A stretch of 64,000 nt of DNA from the IMG/VR virus record IMGVR_UViG_3300042691_015660. The stretch is one strand, 5' to 3'. Shown in pieces: positions 1-9,342 of the stretch. Made by a program: the position numbers and the translations under genes. Source of the DNA: a virus. Under the pieces are notes generated by a model, which was given only the letters and a program-made list of their open reading frames with translations, was not told where the DNA came from and did no database searches. Within the stretch, counting starts at the first letter, position 1, and every line of letters begins with the position of its first letter.

Positions 1-29
1 ACTTTTTAAACAGTACGAGGAAAGTAAAA

Positions 30-533
30 ATGATCACAATTAAAGATTTTATGGAAGTCGTTGACTATCGCATTACTGAAGGCAGCGATTTCCTATGGCA
101 GTGTTTTGGTCCTAATGCTTACTGCTTAGACAGTTGGAATAGTAATTTTGAAGGTTATAGCATTGGTATAACATTTGATACTAAACATCAAACTGTATAC
201 AAATTTGAAGCACACGATTACAGCAGAAACAATAGCTATCGCTGGATACACCCTGATTGGAAAGAAATAGCTGCCAATGAAGCTAGAAATCGAGGAATAG
301 ATCATAGTGAAGCATGGGACGATGTCAAATATATTGATTTAGATCTAGCAGAAGATATGTTAGAAAAAGCACGAGCTATTGCTAATGGCGTCGATTACGA
401 TGAACGAATTAAAGTTCCATTAGAATTGCCCGATAGCTTAATGAATAAATTATTTAGGTTGGCGCACGAACAAGATATAACTCTCAACGAATTAGTAGAA
501 AACATTCTCAAAGAAGAACTTAAAATTCAATGA
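30..533 (+). CDS. Hypothetical phage protein with C-terminal ribbon-helix-helix-like motif
   Basis: 167 aa ORF with GAGG RBS; C-terminus VPLELPDSLMNKLFRLAHEQDITLNELVENILKE fits the RHH beta-alpha-alpha pattern. Confidence 0.5.
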   Translation: MITIKDFMEVVDYRITEGSDFLWQCFGPNAYCLDSWNSNFEGYSIGITFDTKHQTVYKFEAHDYSRNNSYRWIHPDWKEIAANEARNRGIDHSEAWDDVKYIDLDLAEDMLEKARAIANGVDYDERIKVPLELPDSLMNKLFRLAHEQDITLNELVENILKEELKIQ

Positions 534-1405
534 AGAGTCTTATTATAGGTATGGGCATCGGTCAATTATACAAAAGTGTATTGACCAAGAGTGGATCTGA
601 AATTGTAACAGTGGATTCCGATATTAACAAAGGAGCAGACTTTCCTGATGCTGTATCTGCTATTATGGCACGTGGTCCTTTTGATACCGCACATATCTGT
701 ACTCCTAACTTTACACATTTTCAATTAGCTGTTAAAGTCGCACACGATTGTAAAATAGTCTTTATAGAAAAACCAGGTGTTGCTACGGCTAGTAATTGGA
801 TGACTCTTGTTCATTCTTTTCCTGAAACACGTTTTATGATGGTTAAGAATAATATGTGGCGTAGTAATATCAAAGAACTACAAGAATCGGCACAATCAGC
901 CGACAGAGTCAGACTGAATTGGCTGAACAAAGATCGTGTACCTAGTCCAGGAAGCTGGTTTACTACAAGAAAACTAGCCTACGGTGGTGTTAGTCGTGAT
1001 CTAATGCCTCATTTGCTAAGTCTGTATATAGCATTAAATTCCGATTGGCTAACTACTGGCATGAATGGCAGATCTAGTTTGATGAGATATCATTTAAAAG
1101 ATTTATTAAACACAGAATACGGCACAGTTAATTTAGATGGCACATACGATGTAGATGATTTTGCCACTATACGTTTTAGTAACAAATGGGAACTCACCGC
1201 AGATTGGCGAACACTAGATCAAGATAAACGTAATATAGAAATGGACTTTGGAAATAGCACGTTCAAACACGAATTAGGGCTTTGTCCAGAAGACGCCTAC
1301 GAGCGTATGATTGACGATGCTGTACGAAATCTTAATAATGATAAATTCTGGGCAAGACAAAATACAATAGATTATTGGATACACGAACGAATGGAGAACT
1401 TTTGA
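530..1405 (+). CDS. Gfo/Idh/MocA-family NAD(P)-dependent oxidoreductase
   Basis: N-terminal Rossmann IIGMGIG, HICTPNFTH, family EKP motif, GGVSRDLMPH; ATGA overlap with upstream gene. Confidence 0.8.
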   Translation: MKSLIIGMGIGQLYKSVLTKSGSEIVTVDSDINKGADFPDAVSAIMARGPFDTAHICTPNFTHFQLAVKVAHDCKIVFIEKPGVATASNWMTLVHSFPETRFMMVKNNMWRSNIKELQESAQSADRVRLNWLNKDRVPSPGSWFTTRKLAYGGVSRDLMPHLLSLYIALNSDWLTTGMNGRSSLMRYHLKDLLNTEYGTVNLDGTYDVDDFATIRFSNKWELTADWRTLDQDKRNIEMDFGNSTFKHELGLCPEDAYERMIDDAVRNLNNDKFWARQNTIDYWIHERMENF

Positions 1406-2313
1406 AAGTACGCTTACTAAGAACCTATGGTGATGGAAAGTTTGTGGAAGAAGAATGGACTAAACCTGAACCCACAGACGATGAAATCGAAGTCAAGGCC
1501 GTGATGACAGGTGTATGTCGTAGTGACATAGATATGATGATGGGTAAGTTTCCTATGCTACCTGCTCATATGAGCGGCCACGAAGGGTTAGGCATTGTTA
1601 CTAAAGTTGGCAATCAAATAATAAATGTTAAAGAAGGCGACTATGTAGCAACTCGCGGTGAGCCAGCGTATGCTGACTATTATAATGTTAGAGTTAGAGA
1701 ATTTGTAGTAGTTCCTAGTGATGAACCTAAATATATTTTAGAACCAGTAGCTTGCGGTATTAATATTATTAAACAAAATAGTACATTAATCCAAAGCAAA
1801 GCATACGATACATCTAAATGTTTGATAATTGGTAGTGGCTTTCTTGCCTGGGTAGCATATAATACATTAAAGCTAGACTTTTACAAATTTGGTACAATCG
1901 AAGTTTGGGGGAATAGTAACCAGGAACTTTGGAGTAGTGAAAATGTGCTAGTAGAAAAACCAAGTTACGAAAAATATGATGTGATTATTGACATACGAGA
2001 ACACACAGAAGTGCTAAAGCGTAAACTACTAGCTCCTCAGGGCATTTGGATTATAGCTGCAGAAAAAGAACCGATCACTACTACATTCAGTGAATTACTT
2101 TGGAATGCTAACACCATTGCTATGCCCAGTCCAAGACATCATAGATTTTATGATGCGATGTACGAAGCAAAAGTTTGGGTAAAAACAAATAATTTAAATG
2201 TTGACACATTTTGGTCCAAATGCTACAATCGTAACACTGAGTGGCAACAAGCATTCGAGGATGGATTGAACAGACCAGAAGGCTATAGTAGAGGCTATAT
2301 TAAATGGGATTGA
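1402..2313 (+). CDS. Zn-dependent medium-chain dehydrogenase (threonine/sugar-alcohol dehydrogenase-like)
   Basis: GVCRSD and GHEGLG catalytic Zn motifs, EPVAC, IIGSGFLA; lacks the structural-Zn Cys cluster; likely start is the in-frame TTG at 1402 (TTGA overlap). Confidence 0.8.
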   Translation: MKVRLLRTYGDGKFVEEEWTKPEPTDDEIEVKAVMTGVCRSDIDMMMGKFPMLPAHMSGHEGLGIVTKVGNQIINVKEGDYVATRGEPAYADYYNVRVREFVVVPSDEPKYILEPVACGINIIKQNSTLIQSKAYDTSKCLIIGSGFLAWVAYNTLKLDFYKFGTIEVWGNSNQELWSSENVLVEKPSYEKYDVIIDIREHTEVLKRKLLAPQGIWIIAAEKEPITTTFSELLWNANTIAMPSPRHHRFYDAMYEAKVWVKTNNLNVDTFWSKCYNRNTEWQQAFEDGLNRPEGYSRGYIKWD

Positions 2314-2837
2314 ATACAGAACAGAGACAGGACGTAACTTATTTCACAGGCTATGAAGTAGAACATACAGTAGCCTATGGTATGAGAACACTGTTTGTAG
2401 TAGGAACACCTAGTCTTAAAGATATTTTGGCCATCGCAGAAGATAGTCAAAGTTTTGAAGATGAATCTAAGCGTATTAAACAAATTTACTTTGGAACTAG
2501 TCAAAGTTTTAATCCGGCAACACATGATAACTGGAAAATATGGAATGACAGAATCATGGGATGTTTAGAAGCAGGATACTGGGTCTGTTTAGACTTTGAT
2601 GTTAAGTATGCTGAAGAAATCCACGAAGAAGCTTGGTGTGAACAAGATAGATTTATTCCAATGATTAGTGTAAAATTACCTTACATTAAACTTTACAACT
2701 ACAACGCAACACTTAAAATCGACGACCGTACTTGGGGTGCTACTAACCCCGGAGTATGGACCCATCAGCTACACGACCTAATGAGCAAAGACAAATACAC
2801 TCATTGGGATCAATATACACAGGATACACCAGTATGA
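2304..2837 (+). CDS. Hypothetical protein in the deazaguanine/sugar cluster
   Basis: 177 aa ORF coupled to its neighbours; no family recognised. Confidence 0.6.
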   Translation: MGLNTEQRQDVTYFTGYEVEHTVAYGMRTLFVVGTPSLKDILAIAEDSQSFEDESKRIKQIYFGTSQSFNPATHDNWKIWNDRIMGCLEAGYWVCLDFDVKYAEEIHEEAWCEQDRFIPMISVKLPYIKLYNYNATLKIDDRTWGATNPGVWTHQLHDLMSKDKYTHWDQYTQDTPV

Positions 2838-3358
2838 CTACAGATTGGACAAAAACAAAAACTTATATTATTTCGTTAAGAGGAATAACCGAACCTTGGG
2901 AAATTATAGAAAAATTTAAGCAATTAGGAATTAAAAAACATACCTATCAAATTATATATAAAGGCTACACTTTAAAATTTGGTATGAGCAGTGCTATGAC
3001 TACTCAAGAGGGAGAAAGAACCTATAGACAAATAGGTCATTTAGATTCTTTTAAAAATAAAAAAATTACTGGCCCAAATGGATCTGAATTTTTGGATGTA
3101 GTAGAAAAATTTAAAACGAAATACGGAATTGATATAGATCATAATGATATTACTATTATAATATGGTCATTTGATCACTATGATTTCAGAACAATAGACA
3201 TGTTTAAAGAAGTATTAGACGCAGAAACTGAATTAATTGAAAATTATAAAAAATTATACGGAGAATTGCCTCTTGGAAATATTGATGATAACAAACTGTG
3301 GAGAGGTAAAACTGCTCCTAGAAAAGATGTTTGTGATAATTTGTTCGATTGGTCTTAA
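2834..3358 (+). CDS. Putative divergent GIY-YIG-like endonuclease (free-standing homing endonuclease candidate)
   Basis: HTYQIIYKGYTLKFGMS followed by R (GERTYRQ), E (AETEL) and N (LPLGN) in GIY-YIG order; visibly more AT-rich than flanks; ATG at 2834 overlaps upstream TGA. Confidence 0.45.
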   Translation: MTTDWTKTKTYIISLRGITEPWEIIEKFKQLGIKKHTYQIIYKGYTLKFGMSSAMTTQEGERTYRQIGHLDSFKNKKITGPNGSEFLDVVEKFKTKYGIDIDHNDITIIIWSFDHYDFRTIDMFKEVLDAETELIENYKKLYGELPLGNIDDNKLWRGKTAPRKDVCDNLFDWS

Positions 3359-3360
3359 AA

Positions 3361-3756
3361 ATGATTATTAAACAAGACATCAGACCTAATAAAATGATAT
3401 GGGTAACCTTCCGTAAAGAGGGTATTCATAAATATCCAGCAGCACTAACAGATCCTAACCTAGCAACAGGAGACAAATATGACGTTTCGTTCCTTGGTCA
3501 TCCTCATCGCCATATCTTTCACTTTCGTGTGTGGATTGGCGTTCATCACAATGACAGAGACATTGAATTCATCCAATTTAAAAGATGGCTTGAAGGGTTG
3601 TATAATGGCGACCAAGCTGTATTGCAATTAGATTATAAAAGTTGCGAAATGATGTCAGACGATTTGTATGACATGATTTCTAAAAAGTATCCAAATAGAG
3701 AAGTTTGGATTGAAGTCTCCGAAGATGGAGAAAATGGTAGTTTTATCAAATATTAA
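3361..3756 (+). CDS. queD: QueD/6-pyruvoyl-tetrahydropterin synthase-like T-fold protein
   Basis: EGIH..HPHRH Zn-binding histidines, SCE and EVSED T-fold motifs; clustered with folE and queE. Confidence 0.65.
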   Translation: MIIKQDIRPNKMIWVTFRKEGIHKYPAALTDPNLATGDKYDVSFLGHPHRHIFHFRVWIGVHHNDRDIEFIQFKRWLEGLYNGDQAVLQLDYKSCEMMSDDLYDMISKKYPNREVWIEVSEDGENGSFIKY

Positions 3757-3774
3757 TTTATATAGGAAAAAAAA

Positions 3775-3999
3775 ATGGCTCGTAACTACAGAGGCTACGC
3801 ATACTTCGATAATAATCCCAATATCGTTAAAATCTTTGACGATTTAGAAGCGTTACTGGATTTTTGTCGTTGGGAACTCTTACCTTACAATCAAGCAGAT
3901 CTTTATAATAAAGAAAGCGATGTTTGGAAGAGATTTTTACAGGCTAATAGAAATTTTAAAGGACGGAGTAATAACTATCGTAAACAAAGAGATCGTTAA
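3775..3999 (+). CDS. Hypothetical protein
   Basis: 74 aa ORF with AGGA RBS; stop overlaps the next start. Confidence 0.6.
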   Translation: MARNYRGYAYFDNNPNIVKIFDDLEALLDFCRWELLPYNQADLYNKESDVWKRFLQANRNFKGRSNNYRKQRDR

Positions 4000-5096
4000 T
4001 GACAATCTATATTGTAGACTTAGAAGCAGTAGAAACTAGATATACTGCTCAATGGAAGGAACATCTTCCTCGAGCATTGCGAAAGGTTCATAAAGATGTT
4101 GAAGTTATCTCTGGTCCTGAGGATATTCCTAGTGCCACTACTCCTGGCGCCTTTCTTAATTTTGGCGGGACTAATATTTACAAGTCTCGTCAAACTGAAG
4201 AAATTAGTAGGCTGTTTACCACCGGTAAGATAAAGGCCTATGATCATTTTTTGTTTACAGATGCTTGGCATCCAGGCATCATAAACTTAAAATACATGAG
4301 TGAACTACTTAGTATTCCTATTAAGATTCACGCATTATGGCATGCTGGCAGTTATGATCCTCAGGATTTCTTAGGCAGACTGATAGGTAATAAACCATGG
4401 GTAAGGTATACTGAAAAGGCATTCTTTTATGCTATTGACTATAATTACTTCGCCACTAAATTTCATATCGAAATGTTTGTTCGTAATTTGTTAAATGACG
4501 GTACTATAGAAAATCCTTGGTTACAAGACGACCTTTATGAAGTGTTAACTGGAAAGTGGTCGAACATTGTACAATCAGGATGGCCTATGGAGTATATGAA
4601 AGATATACTTACTCAATACCAAGGAATGCCCAAACGTGATTTAATTCTCTTTCCTCATAGACTTGCTCCAGAAAAACAAGTCAATATCTTCAGAGACTTG
4701 AAAGAATTATTACCACAATATGAATTTATAATTTGTCAAGAACAACAACTAACAAAGAACGAATATCATAATTTATTAGGCGAAGCTAAGATTGTATTTT
4801 CAGCAAACTTACAAGAAACACTAGGAATTAGTTGTTACGAAGGATGTATAGTAAATGCTATTCCTATGGTACCAGACAGACTCTCATACTCAGAAATGTA
4901 TTACAACACATTTAAGTATCCTAGTAACTGGACAGATACGTGGGATCATTATATGAATCATAGGCAGATGTTGGTAAAAACAATTATTGATCATATGGAA
5001 TTTTACGAAACTCGACTGCCAATGTTACACAAACAAACGGAGGCACTACGTGAACGATTCTTCTCAGGAACCGATCTTTACAATAACTTTAGATAA
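3999..5096 (+). CDS. GT-B fold glycosyltransferase (GT4/RfaG-like)
   Basis: FPHRLAPEK and ETLGISCYEG (E-x7-E) donor-binding motifs, PDRLSYSE. Confidence 0.75.
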   Translation: MTIYIVDLEAVETRYTAQWKEHLPRALRKVHKDVEVISGPEDIPSATTPGAFLNFGGTNIYKSRQTEEISRLFTTGKIKAYDHFLFTDAWHPGIINLKYMSELLSIPIKIHALWHAGSYDPQDFLGRLIGNKPWVRYTEKAFFYAIDYNYFATKFHIEMFVRNLLNDGTIENPWLQDDLYEVLTGKWSNIVQSGWPMEYMKDILTQYQGMPKRDLILFPHRLAPEKQVNIFRDLKELLPQYEFIICQEQQLTKNEYHNLLGEAKIVFSANLQETLGISCYEGCIVNAIPMVPDRLSYSEMYYNTFKYPSNWTDTWDHYMNHRQMLVKTIIDHMEFYETRLPMLHKQTEALRERFFSGTDLYNNFR

Positions 5097-5463
5097 TACC
5101 GCAGATTCTACAACAACTGAAAAACTTAATACCAACGACATAGTTATTAGTAATTGGGATAGTAGTGGTATTTCAGCACTTACATCCGCCGATATTATTA
5201 CATTAACTGGAGGGTATGGATCAGGATCTATAACATATAATAGTATGGAAACTATCGATTTGAGCAAAATCGAAACATTCACTTCATTTACAAATTTCTA
5301 TAAAGACGAATTTGATGGCAGATTTCCAGATTTTGAACGTGTTCAAGAGATGTGTAAAGACTATCCGGGATTGGAGATCGCATATCGCAAATTTAAAGAA
5401 GTTTACAAAATGGTTAAAGAAGATTTTGACGGAAAAGAAAGAGAACGTAATAGTCACAAGTAA
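5050..5463 (+). CDS. Hypothetical protein, Ser/Thr-rich N-terminus and helical C-terminus
   Basis: Likely GTG start at 5050 after GGAGG; ends in YPGLEIAYRKFKEVYKMV motif. Confidence 0.55.
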   Translation: MNDSSQEPIFTITLDNTADSTTTEKLNTNDIVISNWDSSGISALTSADIITLTGGYGSGSITYNSMETIDLSKIETFTSFTNFYKDEFDGRFPDFERVQEMCKDYPGLEIAYRKFKEVYKMVKEDFDGKERERNSHK

Positions 5464-5464
5464 T

Positions 5465-5842
5465 ATGGCAACTTACACATTACCAATAACTCCAACAAGT
5501 ACCGGACAAATTTACATCACAGCAACAGGCAATGCGGGTGGTGGCAGCGGCGGCATGTGGTCTAATACGATTCATCCGACTACACAATTTGGGAGCATTA
5601 ACGGAAAGCCTGTTATGGAAATTCCGAATAACAGTGATCCTAGTATCAGAATTAACGGCAAGATAGAATGGAATGGTGAAGACTTACACGAAAGATTAAA
5701 ACGAATAGAAACTATGTTGAACATTCCTACAAGAGATGCTATAATGGAAGAGAAGTACTCAAAACTTAAGAAGATTAATGATGAATACAACAAAGCGTTA
5801 GCAGAATATAAAACTTGGGAAACTTTAAAGGACTCGAAATGA
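5465..5842 (+). CDS. Hypothetical protein, Thr/Gly-rich N-terminus and coiled-coil C-terminus
   Basis: ATG at 5465 directly after the upstream stop. Confidence 0.55.
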   Translation: MATYTLPITPTSTGQIYITATGNAGGGSGGMWSNTIHPTTQFGSINGKPVMEIPNNSDPSIRINGKIEWNGEDLHERLKRIETMLNIPTRDAIMEEKYSKLKKINDEYNKALAEYKTWETLKDSK

Positions 5843-6051
5843 TTGAACAACTAATAACAGATCAACCGGCTTGGAAACTTCGTTTAAAAGTCAATGACTG
5901 TATGAAACCAGACGGACTTAAACATCTTATGTTTACCGGAGAACAGTATAACGACAATGGTGAATTAACCAATTCTAGTACATACGATTTCTTTCTAAAT
6001 CAAGAAGAAGTCGCTAAACTTTGGACAACCTTAGCAAATGGTGTAAGATGA
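5839..6051 (+). CDS. Hypothetical protein
   Basis: ATGA overlaps on both sides. Confidence 0.55.
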   Translation: MIEQLITDQPAWKLRLKVNDCMKPDGLKHLMFTGEQYNDNGELTNSSTYDFFLNQEEVAKLWTTLANGVR

Positions 6052-6623
6052 AAAAAATACATGTAACTTGGTCGGATATTCAAGGCAGTGTTATCGAAAT
6101 TGCTAGGCAATTACAAAAAGATAACTGGCGTCCAGATTACATCGTAGGAATCACACGCGGTGGCGCTATTCCTGCGGTGATGCTTAGTCAATATCTTGGA
6201 GTGCCTATGAGACCGCTAGTAGTTAGTCTACGCGACGGCGGCGAATGTGTAAGCGATTTAGGCATGGCCGAAGACGCTTTTGGATATGTGTCTATGGATG
6301 ATCGAGGGTATGAGCATTTTGAGATTACTGGGTTGCCTGTACGTCACGATCCTACTAATCGAGAACTACGTAAAAAGATTTTGATAGTAGATGACATTAA
6401 CGATACCGGTGCCACCATTGCCTGGATCAAAAAAGACTGGCCTAGTGGATGCCTTCCGAATAATCATGCTTGGAAAAATATCTTTCATAACAATGTAAGA
6501 TTTGCCGTAATTCATAATAATCTTGCCAGTAAAGAAGAAGTAGATTATTCAACTATCGAAATTAACAAAGTCGAAGAAGACTGCTGGATCGTTTATCCAT
6601 GGGAGGAGTTTTGGCGTGGATAA
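6048..6623 (+). CDS. Type I phosphoribosyltransferase (xanthine/guanine PRTase-like)
   Basis: IVGITRGG, PRPP-binding ILIVDDINDTGAT, C-terminal WIVYPWE. Confidence 0.85.
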   Translation: MKKIHVTWSDIQGSVIEIARQLQKDNWRPDYIVGITRGGAIPAVMLSQYLGVPMRPLVVSLRDGGECVSDLGMAEDAFGYVSMDDRGYEHFEITGLPVRHDPTNRELRKKILIVDDINDTGATIAWIKKDWPSGCLPNNHAWKNIFHNNVRFAVIHNNLASKEEVDYSTIEINKVEEDCWIVYPWEEFWRG

Positions 6624-6996
6624 CAAAGAACTAGATCGATTCTGCTGTAATTGGGATATACAATTACGACATAGTTCTCGTACTATAAGAAGAGCTAAAC
6701 CACCACAAATTAACACTTATCAAGACGCACATGATTTTTATTTTGCTACAGAAGATTTAGAATGTTATGATATTCTGATACCTAAAGATAATTTTCATGC
6801 CTTAGCTGAGATTGATCAGAGATTGCATGACGTTGTTACTAAATCTCGGGTAGATCAAGATTATGTTAGTCACATGAAACGCAAAGAGATGATTGAAATT
6901 AAAGCAAGAAACAATAATCCAGCTGTTAAAAAAGCCTGGGATAATTATTCTACATTAATGGATATGGTTTGGAACGAGTATGCTGACAGATATTGA
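6616..6996 (+). CDS. Hypothetical protein
   Basis: GTG start after GGAGGAG; C-terminal NPAVKKAWDNYSTLMDMV. Confidence 0.6.
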   Translation: MDNKELDRFCCNWDIQLRHSSRTIRRAKPPQINTYQDAHDFYFATEDLECYDILIPKDNFHALAEIDQRLHDVVTKSRVDQDYVSHMKRKEMIEIKARNNNPAVKKAWDNYSTLMDMVWNEYADRY

Positions 6997-7399
6997 AAAG
7001 GCCTTAAATGAAAAAAGAGCACCGTGGACAGAAATTGAATACAGAACAAAAGACTTCTGGGTCTTCAGAGACGCTTACGCAGTTACCGAAGGGCATTTGT
7101 TATTTGTGCCTACCGAAGAAAACTGGAACAATCTCTGGGAGTGCTACAAAGCAGCTTACAAGTTCGGACACGAAGGTGTTGAATCTAAAAGGTGGGATGC
7201 TTTTAACATCGGCCAAAATGTTGGAGAAGCTGCTGGCCAAACAGTGATGTATCCGCATGTACACATGATACCAAGACGCAACGGAGATATGGAGGATCCA
7301 AGAGGTGGAGTCAGACATGTTATACCCGAACGAGGAAACTATAAAAAATCCACACACAGTATGGATCAATTGGCAACATCCAGATATGCCGTGGACTGA
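6980..7399 (+). CDS. HIT-family nucleotide hydrolase
   Basis: VTEGHLLFVP and AGQTVMYPHVHMIPR; the first triad His position is Y. Confidence 0.85.
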   Translation: MLTDIEKALNEKRAPWTEIEYRTKDFWVFRDAYAVTEGHLLFVPTEENWNNLWECYKAAYKFGHEGVESKRWDAFNIGQNVGEAAGQTVMYPHVHMIPRRNGDMEDPRGGVRHVIPERGNYKKSTHSMDQLATSRYAVD

Positions 7400-7547
7400 A
7401 ATCTGTGCTAAGGTAATGGAGGTATTTGGATTGCCTGGCCACAGATATACTACACATCCTACTACGCACTTTATGACGTTTACATTTAAATCAGAACGAG
7501 ATCGTGTATTATGTGAAATATTATTAAGCGAGTACATAGTTCAGTGA
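7317..7547 (+). CDS. Hypothetical protein overlapping the HIT 3' end
   Basis: ATG at 7317 preceded by GGTGGAG; stop overlaps the ugd GTG. Confidence 0.55.
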   Translation: MLYPNEETIKNPHTVWINWQHPDMPWTEICAKVMEVFGLPGHRYTTHPTTHFMTFTFKSERDRVLCEILLSEYIVQ

Positions 7548-8341
7548 AGTATGAAAAAATAGGTATTATTGGACACGGGTATGTGGGCGAAGCCATTGCT
7601 CAGAGCATAATGCCTCCGTTTCAATCCGTAATTATAGATCCTGCCAAAGGATATACAGCTACCTACGACGAAATTAAAAAAGAGTGCTCTAATATATTTG
7701 TATGTGTGCCTAGTCCGCAAGGCGTAGATGGAAGTTGTGATACTAGTATATTAGAAGATGTATTAAACAAATTAGAAGGCTATCACGGTACTATTATTAG
7801 TAAAGTGACAGCACCTCCTGACTTTTATGAAACTTGGAGTAAAAAACTACCTAATCTAATCTATGTTCCTGAATTCCTAAGAGCAGAAAGTCATATGACT
7901 GATTTTAGTAGGACAGAGTGGATTATAATTGGCGGCACAGTCGGAGCATATCAGCGAGAAGCTGGCAGATTACTTCAACAATTACAACCCGAAATAAAAA
8001 AGATTGAACACTGTGATATAGGCCAAGCAGCATTTGTAAAATATGCCGTCAATAGTTTTCTTGCTACTAAAGTAGTTTTTATGAACGAACTTAGTCAACT
8101 AGCAGAAAGTCACAATTATGATTGGAAACATACATCTTACCTAATAAAGATGGATCGACGTATCGGAGATAGTCATACACAAGTTCCTGGTCCTGACGGG
8201 CATTATGGTTTTGGCGGAGCTTGTTTTCCCAAAGACACAGAAGCACTGCTAAAATATGCCGAAGACCGTGGCGTAAACCTAAATACATTAGGTACTGCGG
8301 TAAAGAAAAATACTCTATTGCGGTTGACTAAACCTAAATAA
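7544..8341 (+). CDS. ugd: UDP-glucose/GDP-mannose 6-dehydrogenase family, short form without C-terminal domain
   Basis: GIIGHGYVG, CVPSP, PEFLR, KYAVNSFLATKV, catalytic GFGGACFPKD. Confidence 0.85.
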   Translation: MKYEKIGIIGHGYVGEAIAQSIMPPFQSVIIDPAKGYTATYDEIKKECSNIFVCVPSPQGVDGSCDTSILEDVLNKLEGYHGTIISKVTAPPDFYETWSKKLPNLIYVPEFLRAESHMTDFSRTEWIIIGGTVGAYQREAGRLLQQLQPEIKKIEHCDIGQAAFVKYAVNSFLATKVVFMNELSQLAESHNYDWKHTSYLIKMDRRIGDSHTQVPGPDGHYGFGGACFPKDTEALLKYAEDRGVNLNTLGTAVKKNTLLRLTKPK

Positions 8342-8352
8342 TATATTAAAAT
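8324..8352 (+). promoter_or_regulatory. sigma70-type promoter for folE with embedded TAAATA
   Basis: TTGACT (8324-8329), 17 bp spacer, TAAAAT (8347-8352); TAAATA at 8335-8340. Confidence 0.55.
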
Positions 8353-8370
8353 AATAACAAAGGAAAACTT

Positions 8371-9135
8371 ATGGTATATAACAAAATGTATGAAAGTAAC
8401 GATGGCACTGGATTAGATGCTATGGCCGGCGATGGTGGATACTCGGAGTCAACCTTGTCGGCTGCTATTCGTGCTAGAATGAAACGCGACGGCAAGAGAT
8501 ATTGGGCTGGAGACAATATTAGTGATTACTTACACGACAGTGACAAAGAACACTTGATTAATGAAGCTACTGAAGCATTTGAACAAGTATTAGATACTTT
8601 ACTAATTGATAGAGAGACAGATCCTAATAGTAAAGGCACAGCAAGGCGTCTTGCTAAAATGTATTACAATGAAATAATGGCAGGAAGATATGAGCCGGCA
8701 CCAGATTGTACAGCATTTCCTAATGATAGCGAAGAACGTTATGAAGGAATGTTAGTAGTGCGTAGTGAATTAAGAAGTATGTGTAGTCATCATCATCAGC
8801 CAGTCAATGGTGTAGCATATATTGGTATCATTGCTGCTAACAAGCTTATTGGCTTATCTAAGTACACTCGCATTGCTCAGTGGTGTGCCCGTCGCGGTAC
8901 ACTACAAGAAGAACTAGCTAATGATATCGCAAGAGAGATTGGCAAGGCTACTGATGCTAAAGATGTAGGAGTATATATTCAAGCCACGCATGGCTGCTGT
9001 GAAAACAGAGGTATTATGGCACATAGCAGTCTTACACAGACTACAGTGTTAAAAGGTGCGTTTAAAGACGATCAAGGCACTAAAAAAGAATTCTTTGATA
9101 ACATCAAACTACAACAAGACTTTGCGCCAAGATAA
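8371..9135 (+). CDS. folE: GTP cyclohydrolase I
   Basis: SMCSHHHQP, GLSKYTR, LQEEL, HGCCENRG motifs; N-terminal extension. Confidence 0.93.
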   Translation: MVYNKMYESNDGTGLDAMAGDGGYSESTLSAAIRARMKRDGKRYWAGDNISDYLHDSDKEHLINEATEAFEQVLDTLLIDRETDPNSKGTARRLAKMYYNEIMAGRYEPAPDCTAFPNDSEERYEGMLVVRSELRSMCSHHHQPVNGVAYIGIIAANKLIGLSKYTRIAQWCARRGTLQEELANDIAREIGKATDAKDVGVYIQATHGCCENRGIMAHSSLTQTTVLKGAFKDDQGTKKEFFDNIKLQQDFAPR

Positions 9136-9150
9136 TTAAGGAGAAATAAA

Positions 9151-9342
9151 ATGAATGTAAGCGACAAACTGACAAAAGTAACAGATAGTTTTACTATTAA
9201 TATGTACGATAACGGTTATATGATAGAAATTTCTGGTAAGGATCACGACGGTGAATGGAAATCTGCCAAAATACTTTGTCAAAATTTAGAAGAAGTAATA
9301 GCTATAGTTACTGAAATAACTAAAATGGAAAGAGACAGCTAA
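9151..9342 (+). CDS. Hypothetical protein
   Basis: 63 aa ORF with AAGGAG RBS. Confidence 0.6.
   Translation: MNVSDKLTKVTDSFTINMYDNGYMIEISGKDHDGEWKSAKILCQNLEEVIAIVTEITKMERDS

Noticed and set aside
5312-5464. Long N-terminal extension of the 5312-5842 ORF
   Set aside because: It overlaps the C-terminus of the upstream gene; the ATG at 5465 right after that stop is the more plausible start.
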